Below are positions 28,640 to 37,093 of a stretch of 64,000 bases of DNA, piece after piece. Location: contig JAHKAY010000020.1 in assembly GCA_018825785.1 (NCBI GenBank), positions 2,111 through 66,110 of the forward strand. Direction: 5' to 3'. Origin of the DNA: Chloroflexota bacterium. GTDB taxonomy: Bacteria; Chloroflexota; Dehalococcoidia; JACVQG01; JAHKAY01. The notes under the pieces are model-generated. The model made no database searches and was not told the DNA's origin. It was given only the letters and a program-made list of their open reading frames with translations. The number at the start of each line of letters is the position of its first letter. Positions within the stretch are counted from its first letter, which is position 1. Made by a program: the position numbers and the translations under genes.

Positions 28640-29332
28640 ATGGAAAAGGGAAAGAGACCAGAAGCTCCAGGCATACTTCCTGTTTCCAGAACGAAAGAGG
28701 AAGCCAAGCGGTCATATGACCGCATAAGCAAGGTGTACGACTTCTTCGCTGAGCCCTTCGAGCGAAAGCACGCTGAAACGGCTCTTGAGCATCTCTCTAT
28801 CAAAGAGGGTGAAACCGTGCTAGAGATCGGTTTTGGTACCGGGCATTGTCTGAAGCGAATAGCAGAAGCGGTTGGCAAGACGGGCAGAGTCTACGGTGTA
28901 GACATTTCCTCCGGTATGCTGGAGGTCACACGGAGACGGCTAGGCAAAGCTCGGCTTATGGAAAGAGTGGAGCTACATTGTGCGGATGCGTTGAGTCTCC
29001 CATATACTGACGACACTTTCGACGCCGCCTTTATGAGCTTCACCCTTGAACTTTTTGACACCCCTGAGATCCCGAGGCTGCTTAAAGAGGTCAAGAGAGT
29101 GCTCAAGCCCGGGGGCAGGATCGGGGTTGCCAGCATGTCCAAAGAGAACGGGGAATCTCTTTCACTGAGGCTCTATGAATGGGCACATAGAAAGTGGCCT
29201 AAGTATGTTGATTGCAGGCCTATCTACGTGGAACAATCCCTACGGGACGCTGGATATGAAATAAGAGAGAAGGACAAAGAAAAGTTGTTTGGCCTACCTG
29301 GCGAAATTGTTGTCGCCGTGAAAGAAAGCTAG
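28640..29332 (+). CDS. Class I SAM-dependent methyltransferase (UbiE/COQ5-like)
   Basis: VLEIGFGTGH motif I and VLKPGGRIGV motif. Confidence 0.75.
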   Translation: MEKGKRPEAPGILPVSRTKEEAKRSYDRISKVYDFFAEPFERKHAETALEHLSIKEGETVLEIGFGTGHCLKRIAEAVGKTGRVYGVDISSGMLEVTRRRLGKARLMERVELHCADALSLPYTDDTFDAAFMSFTLELFDTPEIPRLLKEVKRVLKPGGRIGVASMSKENGESLSLRLYEWAHRKWPKYVDCRPIYVEQSLRDAGYEIREKDKEKLFGLPGEIVVAVKES

Positions 29333-30090
29333 GCTCCAAGCCTTCTGGGCCATCTTAGTTAACGAGAACTCAGATTGTTGACCTCCGCTCTGCCTCGGCG
29401 GAAGCCGGGCCATTGAGGATTCAAAATGACGAGACTCGCCAATGTTGCATTTATAGTTGGCACGTTTGAGCAGCTGTGAGCACGCAGCTAGGCGCTCGGC
29501 TATCAGGGTGCTGAAAAAGGGGGTGCCCAACCAAACGCAGATACGAAATATCCGACAGATCCAAAGCTAAGGTCTCGTTCTACGGGACTTTTTCATCACC
29601 CTGATAGGTCAACGATCGATGCCCCCTCCAGATTCTGACACAATTGGGCTGGTCCGTACCATGATAGACTATCAATCTGGTGTTGTTGCCCCCGCAATCT
29701 GAGCATGTGGGACCAGAACGCTCAAATTCCCGTTGTGTGTTCTTATGTCGGAAAGGCCACATTACAGCCTATTGTACCGCATTCTCGAAACACATGCTGA
29801 AATGCATTCAAGGCCCATTTGATTGGCAATAGTCCAGTCTGGTCGAATCGAGGCACCCAGGAGACGTTTGGACAGAATGTCTCACCAGCCGCTGCCGTTA
29901 CACCCCGGTCGCCATTCCGCCATGCGGGGCAGCGCGACGCAATTGAAGCCCCCTCCTGGCAGTCCCCTCCAGCTCAGCATGCCGGGCTGGCAGTCCTATT
30001 CACTGCGCACTCTTGGATGGTCGCATGCCGTGGCTGCACGACGTCCGAGAGCGTGGCCTCCGTTTGCAGCCTTCACGGGCAACATGTCAG

Positions 30091-31758
30091 CTAACAATCT
30101 TCCGCCCCTGCGTGACCGCAAGGGCTCCAGTTCTCAGTCCCGGACTCCCCATAAGGCTGCAGGCGGTATACCACGGTGGGACCCGTCGCCTTCAGATGGG
30201 GCTGCGCTTTCAGCACGATCACGCGTTGTGGAGGCGCCAGCGACGGCGTCAGGATTTGAAGAGCGTCGCGGTCAACCTTCACCGAGTAGCTCAGGTGGCA
30301 GGCCGGGCACTCATAATCAGAGAACCTTCGATGCGGCTTGTCCACATCGAATCTCGCGCCGCAGGATTCACACACCAGCGATTTCAGCATGCCGCCGGTG
30401 AGTCCGTCAAGAACAGCCCTCTTCAAAGCGTCGGAGTTGTAGGTCCCCTTTCTCGTCTCGTCCAACAGCCGGGGCGCGGAACTCACAAAGGCTTCAGCGG
30501 ACGTGAGGGACGTTGAACCGATAAAGCCGACGAGGCCCTCAAAGATCTCCCATCTGGCCCCGGCTCCCTGTATCTCGGACCTGATCTCTGCCAGGCGGGC
30601 GGAGGCTACCTCTATTTGCTTGTCCACGTCCCTGAGCCCGGCGGCTTTCTGCTCCAACGTTTCCAGCTCACCGGCCAGGAGATCCCTCCTGGCCTCTTTC
30701 TCACGGATGTGCCGTCCCAGGGTGTCTTGTTTCTCCTGCAGGCCCGCTATCTGAACTTCTATCTCATCCAGCGCCGTCTGCTTCTTTGCCAGCTGCCCGA
30801 CGCAAGGCTCCAAGATGGCTTTTTCTGCGGCCAGCTTCGCGACATCAGCATCCAGCTTGCCTTTGAGTGCCGTCTTCTCCTCCATGCCCTGCACCTGCTT
30901 GCCGAGTGAGTGCACTTCGCTCTGAAGCCCTTCGAGAGCCCCGGTCAGGCTGCCGTACTCTGACAGCCTCTCAAGCAGCTCCTTCCCCTTGTCCTTCAAC
31001 GTAAGGACTCTCGCTTGCTGCAGTATTGCCGCAAAGGTATCAAGGCCAATGCCGGCCTTGGCAAGGAGCCGCTGGCGCTGGATGAAGCCTTCCAGCTCCT
31101 CGTTTGACGCCCCCGCTTTCTTGAGTGTGCCGGCCAGCTGTTCGACCTGCTCAAGCCGGCCCGTATCAAGACCAACCTGGTCCATGTAGGCTTTCAGGTT
31201 CTGACCGGCTGATTTGTTCTGCTTCTCTATGCTCGCGAGTTCGTCTTTTGCCTTCTCCAGCCTGGCGGTGACGGCTTGCAGGTCTTCCTCGGTTTTCCCC
31301 AGCTGTTCGTGAGCGCTTTCGCACCGGGCAACAAGCTCCTGGTAGCCCAAGCCGGTGCTGGCCTCCAGCTGGCTGAGTCTCACCGCCGCAGTGACGAAGC
31401 CCTCGGCATTCATCTTCACGCAGGCCTTTAGCACGTCCTTGTAGTGCTCGGGCTCTATCCCGCACTTCTGGAGGAGGCTCTCCATCTTGAGCCCGGCCTT
31501 TGCCTCCTCCACCGTGAGGTAGCAGTCTTTCAACTCTTCCGCGAGGCTGTGCAGCGCCTCAACCTCGTTCACCATGTTGAACTCCTCTCCAGCAGCCTTC
31601 AGTCCCTTCTCCTCTGCCAGGTGCTTGAACCTGGTGACGTAGAGAGAGACTGTGCTTTGATCCACTTTGAGTCTACCGGCTATCTCCGGCTGCGAACGGC
31701 CCTGGAAATACAACGCCATGATCCTCGAAGCCTTCTGCGGCGACAGCTTGTGTGTCAT
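30091..31758 (-). CDS. HTH / long coiled-coil / C-terminal zinc-ribbon protein (555 aa)
   Basis: Start reset to ATG 31756-31758 (RBS AAGGAGG). N-terminal HTH IMALYFQGRSQPEIAGRLKVDQSTVSLYV, about 350 aa of coiled coil, then C-terminal CESCG...CPACH. Confidence 0.6.
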   Translation of the reverse strand: MTHKLSPQKASRIMALYFQGRSQPEIAGRLKVDQSTVSLYVTRFKHLAEEKGLKAAGEEFNMVNEVEALHSLAEELKDCYLTVEEAKAGLKMESLLQKCGIEPEHYKDVLKACVKMNAEGFVTAAVRLSQLEASTGLGYQELVARCESAHEQLGKTEEDLQAVTARLEKAKDELASIEKQNKSAGQNLKAYMDQVGLDTGRLEQVEQLAGTLKKAGASNEELEGFIQRQRLLAKAGIGLDTFAAILQQARVLTLKDKGKELLERLSEYGSLTGALEGLQSEVHSLGKQVQGMEEKTALKGKLDADVAKLAAEKAILEPCVGQLAKKQTALDEIEVQIAGLQEKQDTLGRHIREKEARRDLLAGELETLEQKAAGLRDVDKQIEVASARLAEIRSEIQGAGARWEIFEGLVGFIGSTSLTSAEAFVSSAPRLLDETRKGTYNSDALKRAVLDGLTGGMLKSLVCESCGARFDVDKPHRRFSDYECPACHLSYSVKVDRDALQILTPSLAPPQRVIVLKAQPHLKATGPTVVYRLQPYGESGTENWSPCGHAGAEDC

Positions 31759-31846
31759 CGATGTTAACCTCCTTCTTGTGATCAGCACGCCTCCGGACCG
31801 GGTTGCAGGGCCGCTTGCGGCACGCCTGGGACCCCTTGCGACATGC

Positions 31847-32206
31847 CTACAGCAGTTCTCCCTCCCTCAACTTCCGGATTTCATCTGACACTTCCTCCGT
31901 CAGGCCCTCCCTCTCGTACGCCTGCCGCAGGACTTCTCGCGTAGCGAGGCGCTTGAGGAGAAAGGTGAGGTCCATCTTGCCCATCCGGGCCGCCCTAAGA
32001 TCCTGCAGGGTCGCACAGAGAGCCAACTCCGCCGGGACCTCCGGCTCCATAGGGCAGCCCTCGGGTACCGCACTCTTGATCGTGACCTTTTTCTTCCCCT
32101 CACGCTCCTTCACCTCCCGGATGAGGGCTGCCCCCTCTCCTTCAAGGGGTTCCACTTCAATCCCCTCCTCGGTCCTGCGGATGATCGCCAATGGTTCGCT
32201 AGGCAA
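31847..32206 (-). CDS. Hypothetical protein (119 aa)
   Basis: TTG start after RBS GGGAGGTGG, overlapping the upstream stop. No recognisable domain. Confidence 0.4.
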   Translation of the reverse strand: MPSEPLAIIRRTEEGIEVEPLEGEGAALIREVKEREGKKKVTIKSAVPEGCPMEPEVPAELALCATLQDLRAARMGKMDLTFLLKRLATREVLRQAYEREGLTEEVSDEIRKLREGELL

Positions 32207-32522
32207 ATTCCACCTCCCATTCGTTGTCTTCGCTCTCATTCTCGAGAAAGCCAATCTCCTCACATTTGCTGGCTTTGCTGTGACTCCTTAGCCAGTCTAG
32301 CCTGCAGATCCCTTTCTCCGTAATGCGGTAGCCGTAGGCACGCGGCGGTGCCCCAGGGCCCCTGAGCCGCTGCCTGACCAGGAGTCCATATTTGTGGTAC
32401 CGCCTGAGCAGTTCCGAGGCATCGGTAGGGCTCACGCCCAGCGCCTCCTCCACCTCCGAGGCCGTCCACGAGTCCCCGTCCTCAAGAAGAGACAGAATCT
32501 CGGATTTCCTTTGATTTCTCAT
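32199..32522 (-). CDS. Winged-helix transcriptional regulator (107 aa)
   Basis: ATG 32520-32522 after GGAGG. SEILSLLEDGDSWTASEVEEALGVSPTDASELLRRYHKYGLL looks like a wHTH. Confidence 0.55.
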   Translation of the reverse strand: MRNQRKSEILSLLEDGDSWTASEVEEALGVSPTDASELLRRYHKYGLLVRQRLRGPGAPPRAYGYRITEKGICRLDWLRSHSKASKCEEIGFLENESEDNEWEVEFA

Positions 32523-32884
32523 TTTCAACCTCCGCCCGATGGGGTCTGCCCTCCCACAACTCCCACTCCAATTTCAAGCCTGGCCGTTGGAGTAGTGGCA
32601 CTCTAGTTCCACGGCGGCCATCCCGCCACCGCGACATTTCACGGACATAGTCGTTGTCATAGTGATCATCATGGTCGTCATTGTCGTCATGGTATCCATG
32701 GTGCCCTAAGTACCGGGAGGGCCCTGTAGCTGACATCAGACTGCCCTTGTTGCCGAACGTACGCTCTTGCGGGAAACGCCGGTCTCGGCGGCTAGTTTGC
32801 TGCAGCCATTTCCGCTAGCCGGGCGTCCTGTGAGAGCAGCGACACTCTCCGGAGAGGTCGCTAGCGCAGGGGCTCTACTAGATG

Positions 32885-33073
32885 GTTTCCAGTCAGGTAT
32901 GAGCGTAGATACTGGATAGGCTGTGGCAGTTAAGGGTTGAATCCCCGTCGGGGCCGCACTACTGGCTACCTCAGCTCCTTCCTGGGTGACAGCCCGGCCC
33001 ACCTAAGCCTCCTCCCTGCGGTGGCCCGCCCTCGTCAGGTCTAACCTCTGGCAAATAGGAATATTGTTTTCAC
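32885..33073 (+). repeat. Copy B of the bipartite repeat (both modules intact)
   Basis: Module 1 (32885-32970) matches copy C. Module 2 (32990-33073) matches copy A. Directly abuts the integrase remnant. Confidence 0.6.
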
Positions 33074-33094
33074 TATGGCCAGGCATGGAGGGTC

Positions 33095-33376
33095 GTGAGG
33101 GACTGTTCCGAGAGGGCAGGGCTGCCTCCCCTGGTTAGCGCGGAAACGGGCAGGACTCTTGGTGTGAGTCCCCATCGGCTTAGGGACGCCTTTGCGGTCC
33201 ATGCGGTGAAGGTGGATGATTCCGGCGACGGGCTCCGCCTTCTCCAAGAGCACCTGGGGCACGCCAGCTTCAATACGACGGCCAAGTACCGGAAAGTGAG
33301 CGGTCGGGAACACCGTGAGTGGTACGAGAAACTCTGGTCTGGCTCGAATACTGGTAGCAGTCCGCGCGAGGCGTGA
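33095..33376 (+). pseudogene. C-terminal remnant of a tyrosine recombinase
   Basis: HRLRDAFAVHAV...LLQEHLGHASFNTTAKYRKV matches the R/HxxR...Y catalytic C-terminus. The N-terminus is missing. Confidence 0.6.
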
Positions 33377-33542
33377 TAGGGTCTCTCCCGTTGAGGCCCA
33401 CCCGCGGGCATCTTCCTGCGGCCCTTCGGTGCTGCCATCTTAGTCCGGCCCTCCTGAACGGGGAAGCCGCCAAGGCACGGGGCACCACAACTTGGGCCTG
33501 CATCAGGCCACGCAGACGCTTGGGTGCAGAAGGTCTGCTCTT

Positions 33543-34496
33543 CTAGTGCACGTTCAGGCGGTCGCCGGGACTAAACTTCTTGTGGGCGTCTACAGCTCTC
33601 TCGGCTGCGTTTCCTCTGGCATAGCGGCTCACCATGGCGTAAGACTCCCACCCACCCAACTCCTTGAGGTCTCCTTCCTGCCCACCGGCAGCCAAGTAGG
33701 ACATGGCGAAGCCCCGCCTGAAGGCATGGGCGCCGCGGAACTGGACTTCGGCTATCTTGAAGCGCCGCTCCAGCATCATCCGCAGCCCGTTCGTGGTGAA
33801 GGACTTGGTCCCCTTGGCCAGCCACAGGATATCGGACTTAACCCCCCGCCTCCTGAGGTAGCGGTCAATGGCCTCTGCCGCCCTGGCCCCGATGCTGATT
33901 CTCCGCTGCTTCCCTGCCTTGCCCATCACCAGAACAGTGCGGTGCTTCCAGTCGATGTCGGACACCTTCATGCCGCAGACCTCTGCCGCCCTCGGGCCAG
34001 CATCGTAGAGGGTGAGAATCAGCGCTGTGTCGCGGTACTCAAATGCTTTGACACCCGGCTCCCGCCCCACCGCCCTTAGCACCTTCTCCACCTCCTCCGG
34101 GCGATACCACGGTTGAATCTCGTCTGGGATTCGGGGCGGGTCCACCTTGGCCAGAGGATTTTCATCCAACTCCCCTTCGCGCACGGCCCAGCGGTAAAAG
34201 CGGTTTAGAGCGCGGTATCTCACGGAAACCGAGCTTGCCTTGTTGCCTCGCTTGTATAGACTCTGTAGCCAGTAACGCAGGTGGTCCGGCTCCATCTCCA
34301 CCAGCGCGGGCAACCCCTCCCTCTTGGCGAACTCCACCAGCATCCTCAAAGCCTGCCCGTAAGTCTCCAGTGTCCGCTCCACCCTCCCCGAGCCTCCCAG
34401 GCTCAATAGAAAGCTGCGAATTATGTCTTCATTTGAGATAGGCTCAGCTTGAACATTAGGCGCATATATATGCGATTTAGGTCTGCCGGTTTTCAC
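33543..34496 (-). CDS. int: Tyrosine site-specific integrase (phage-integrase family)
   Basis: ...AHAFRRGFAMSYLAAGG...LGGWESYAMVSRYARG. GTG start with RBS GGAGGTG. Lies 57 nt from the tRNA-Val 3' end. Confidence 0.85.
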   Translation of the reverse strand: MKTGRPKSHIYAPNVQAEPISNEDIIRSFLLSLGGSGRVERTLETYGQALRMLVEFAKREGLPALVEMEPDHLRYWLQSLYKRGNKASSVSVRYRALNRFYRWAVREGELDENPLAKVDPPRIPDEIQPWYRPEEVEKVLRAVGREPGVKAFEYRDTALILTLYDAGPRAAEVCGMKVSDIDWKHRTVLVMGKAGKQRRISIGARAAEAIDRYLRRRGVKSDILWLAKGTKSFTTNGLRMMLERRFKIAEVQFRGAHAFRRGFAMSYLAAGGQEGDLKELGGWESYAMVSRYARGNAAERAVDAHKKFSPGDRLNVH

Positions 34497-34553
34497 AACG
34501 CACCTCCTCTTTCCGCCAGTTTCAGATTAGAGGAAGTGCGCCTACAAGTCAAA

Positions 34554-34629
34554 TGGTGGGCGGTACAGGACTTGAACCTGTGACCTCCTGCGTGTAAAGC
34601 AGATGCTCTAACCGCTGAGCTAACCGCCC
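34554..34629 (-). tRNA. tRNA-Val (anticodon TAC), CCA encoded
   Basis: Hand-folded cloverleaf: GGGCGGTTAGCTCAGCGGTTAGAGCATCTGCTTTACACGCAGGAGGTCACAGGTTCAAGTCCTGTACCGCCCACCA. Confidence 0.8.
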
Positions 34630-34634
34630 GAGAA

Positions 34635-34710
34635 TGGCGCGCTTGGCGGGATTCGAACCCACGGCCTCAGCCTCCGCAGGGCTGCGCTCTATCCGCTGAG
34701 CTACAAGCGC
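34635..34710 (-). tRNA. tRNA-Arg (anticodon read as GCG; assignment tentative)
   Basis: Hand-folded: GCGCTTGTAGCTCAGCGGATAGAGCGCAGCCCTGCGGAGGCTGAGGCCGTGGGTTCGAATCCCGCCAAGCGCGCCA. Anticodon loop is CTGCGGA. Confidence 0.65.
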
Positions 34711-34713
34711 CAG

Positions 34714-34796
34714 TGCCGAGGGGGAGATTTGAACTCCCATGGGCGATGCCCACTGCGCCCTGAACGCAGCGCGTCTGCCATTCCGCCACCTCGGCC
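34714..34796 (-). tRNA. tRNA-Leu (anticodon CAG), long variable arm, no encoded CCA
   Basis: Hand-folded: GGCCGAGGTGGCGGAATGGCAGACGCGCTGCGTTCAGGGCGCAGTGGGCATCGCCCATGGGAGTTCAAATCTCCCCCTCGGCA. Confidence 0.8.
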
Positions 34797-34856
34797 CACT
34801 GAATTCTACCCCGGTCCCAGCCCCCAGGTCAATCTCTTTGACTTCCCAAAGGCCCC

Positions 34857-34884
34857 TTGATTTCCCCGGAGGACAGGGTATAAT
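34857..34884 (+). promoter_or_regulatory. Sigma70-type promoter (TTGATT-16-TATAAT) for the riboswitch-btuFCD transcript
   Basis: TTGATT 34857-34862 and TATAAT 34879-34884. Confidence 0.5.
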
Positions 34885-34889
34885 CAGGC

Positions 34890-35060
34890 CAATTGAATAA
34901 GCGATAGCCAGAGGTGCCCGAGGGTGACCGAGGGCCTAACTGGGCAGCAAGCCGGTGAAATACCGGCGCGGTCGCGCCGCTGTGAGTCGCCCCAGGCGAC
35001 AAGCCAGAACGTCCGCCTCTGAATATCCTACATGCCTCCGCAGGAGAGGGGTAGGAGTTT
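34890..35060 (+). promoter_or_regulatory. Cobalamin (B12) riboswitch aptamer
   Basis: GGTGAAATACCGGCGCGGTCGCGCCGCTGTGAG resembles the conserved GGTGnAAnTCC...CCCGC..CTGT core. AGCCAGAACGTCCGCC is a B12-box-like element. Sits in the 5' leader of a btuF homolog. Confidence 0.6.
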
Positions 35061-35072
35061 ATTTTGCCCGGC

Positions 35073-35106
35073 CCCTCACCTCAGCGGTGAGGGGATTTTG
35101 TTTTTA
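35073..35106 (+). terminator. Riboswitch expression-platform terminator hairpin + U tract
   Basis: cccctcacc-tcagc-ggtgagggg followed by attttgttttt, just before the btuF RBS. Confidence 0.55.
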
Positions 35107-35116
35107 GGGAGGTTCT

Positions 35117-36019
35117 ATGAGAAAGTTGGCCCTGGTTGTTCTCGCGCTGGTCTTCCTTCTTTCTGCCTGCGCCCTGCCAGCGCCCGCCCCCGGTGAGATT
35201 ACCGACCAGCTGGGCAGGCCCGTCCGTCTGGATGGCCCCCCCCAGAGGATAGTATCCATGTCCCCCTCCAACACCGAAATCCTCTTTGCCCTGGGGCTGG
35301 GGGACAGGGTGGTGGGGGTCACCGATTACTGCGATTTCCCCCCAGAAGCCCTGAACAAGCCAAGAATAGGGGGCTTCTCCAACCCCGACCTGGAAAAGCT
35401 GGTCGCCCTCTCCCCCGACCTTATTGTTGCCGACCAGATCCACGAAAAAGAGGTCGTCCCTGAGCTGGAACGGAGGAACCTCCCCGTCTTCGTCATTGAC
35501 CCCAGAAACATGGACCAGGTGCTGGAGTCCATCGTCCTCCTGGGCCGGGCGACCGGCACAGAGGCCGAGGCAGCGAGGCTGGTGGAGGAGATGAAGATAA
35601 GAATTGGAGCCGTATCCCAGAGAGTTGCCGGGCTCTCCCCCCAAGAGAGGCCCCGGGTGCTTTCTATCACCTGGCATGACCCCCTGTGGACGGCAGGGAA
35701 GGGGACATGGGAAGACCAGCTCATCTCCATGGCCGGGGGACAGAACCTCTTCCCCGACCTGGAGGGGTACAAGACGGTGGACCTGGAGATGGTGCTGAAC
35801 AGGGACCCCCAGGTCATCATTGCCAGTAGCGGGCACGGGGAGGCGCTGAGAGCGCCCTACCTCTGGGCCCGGGACGAGCCCAGGCTGAAGGGGACCGAGG
35901 CCCTCAAGAAGGGCAGGGTCTATGAAATTGACGCCGATATTGTCTCCCGCCCCGGCCCCCGGCTGGTGGAGGGCCTGGAAGAGATGCTCCGGCTTCTTCA
36001 TCCGGACCTGAACAGGTGA
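35117..36019 (+). CDS. btuF: BtuF-like periplasmic cobalamin-binding protein (ABC SBP, lipoprotein)
   Basis: Lipobox LLSAC. Class III SBP fold cues. Downstream of the B12 riboswitch. Confidence 0.75.
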   Translation: MRKLALVVLALVFLLSACALPAPAPGEITDQLGRPVRLDGPPQRIVSMSPSNTEILFALGLGDRVVGVTDYCDFPPEALNKPRIGGFSNPDLEKLVALSPDLIVADQIHEKEVVPELERRNLPVFVIDPRNMDQVLESIVLLGRATGTEAEAARLVEEMKIRIGAVSQRVAGLSPQERPRVLSITWHDPLWTAGKGTWEDQLISMAGGQNLFPDLEGYKTVDLEMVLNRDPQVIIASSGHGEALRAPYLWARDEPRLKGTEALKKGRVYEIDADIVSRPGPRLVEGLEEMLRLLHPDLNR

Positions 36020-37092
36020 AGGCCGGAGCTGAACAGGTGAAGGAGATAGGCCTGGCCCTCCGTGCCGAGAGGCGCCGGCGGGCCTACGCCATCCTGGGGC
36101 TCTTCATCCTTCTTGGCGCTAGTGTGGCACTGGCCACCGCGGTGGGCAGCGTGGATATCCCCTGGGCCACCGTCGGCGGTCTGCTCTTCTCCTGGCTGCC
36201 CTGGATAGACCCCCCACGGACACCGGAGACCCTGGCCACCATCGTCCTGGACATAAGGCTGCCCCGGGTCATTCTGGGGGGGCTGGTGGGGGCGGCCCTG
36301 GCCATGGCGGGGGCCACCTACCAGGGCCTCTTCCGCAACCCCCTGGCCGACCCCTATCTCCTGGGGGTGGCCCAGGGGTCGGCCCTGGGGGCCACCATCG
36401 GTTTCCTCCTCCCCTTCTCCGGCACCGTCATGGGGCTGGGGCTGGTCCCCGTCCTGGCCCTTCTCGGAGGGCTCCTGAGCGCCGCCACCGTTTACGCCCT
36501 GGCACAGGTGGGCAGGGCCCTCCCCATGACCACCCTCATCCTGGCCGGGGTGGCCCTGGGGGCCTTCCTGGCATCTATCACCTCCTACCTCCTCATCATA
36601 TCCGGGCATCAGCTCCACGGCATCCTCCTCTGGCTGATGGGCGGCTTCTCCCTGAGCCACTGGGGCGAGGTGAAGGTCCTCCTTCCCTATGTGATAGTGG
36701 GGGCTGGGGCCATCTACCTCTACAGCCAACCCCTTAACCTGATGCAGCTGGACGAAGAGCAGGCCCAGCAGCTAGGTGTCCATGTGGAGCGGGTGAAGGT
36801 GACCCTGTTGATAGCGGCCACCCTGGTCACCGCCACAGCTGTCTCTTTTGCGGGGACCATTGGCTTCGTGGGCATCATCGTCCCCCATGCCGTCCGCCTG
36901 GTCTGGGGGCCGGACCACCGCTTCTTGCTCCCCCTCTCCTGTTTGGCGGGGGCCATCTTCCTTATCCTGGCCGACACCTTTGCCCGCACCATCTTTTCCC
37001 CCACCGAAATCCCTGTGGGGGTGGTCACCGCTTTTGTCGGGGCACCCTTCTTCCTCTATCTGCTGAGGCAGAAGAAAAGGGCGGTATTCTAG
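36016..37092 (+). CDS. btuC: FecCD/BtuC-family ABC permease
   Basis: GTG start overlapping the btuF stop. Ten TM helices. GTIGFVGIIVPHAVR motif. Confidence 0.8.
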   Translation: MKAGAEQVKEIGLALRAERRRRAYAILGLFILLGASVALATAVGSVDIPWATVGGLLFSWLPWIDPPRTPETLATIVLDIRLPRVILGGLVGAALAMAGATYQGLFRNPLADPYLLGVAQGSALGATIGFLLPFSGTVMGLGLVPVLALLGGLLSAATVYALAQVGRALPMTTLILAGVALGAFLASITSYLLIISGHQLHGILLWLMGGFSLSHWGEVKVLLPYVIVGAGAIYLYSQPLNLMQLDEEQAQQLGVHVERVKVTLLIAATLVTATAVSFAGTIGFVGIIVPHAVRLVWGPDHRFLLPLSCLAGAIFLILADTFARTIFSPTEIPVGVVTAFVGAPFFLYLLRQKKRAVF

Positions 37093-37093
37093 A

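Noticed and set aside
32482-32736. 84-aa ORF rich in His/Asp (HHGYHDDNDDHDDHYDNDY)
   Set aside because: It overlaps the RBS and start region of the wHTH gene and has no RBS of its own. Most likely it is a chance ORF across a low-complexity stretch. A real small metal-binding peptide cannot be fully excluded.
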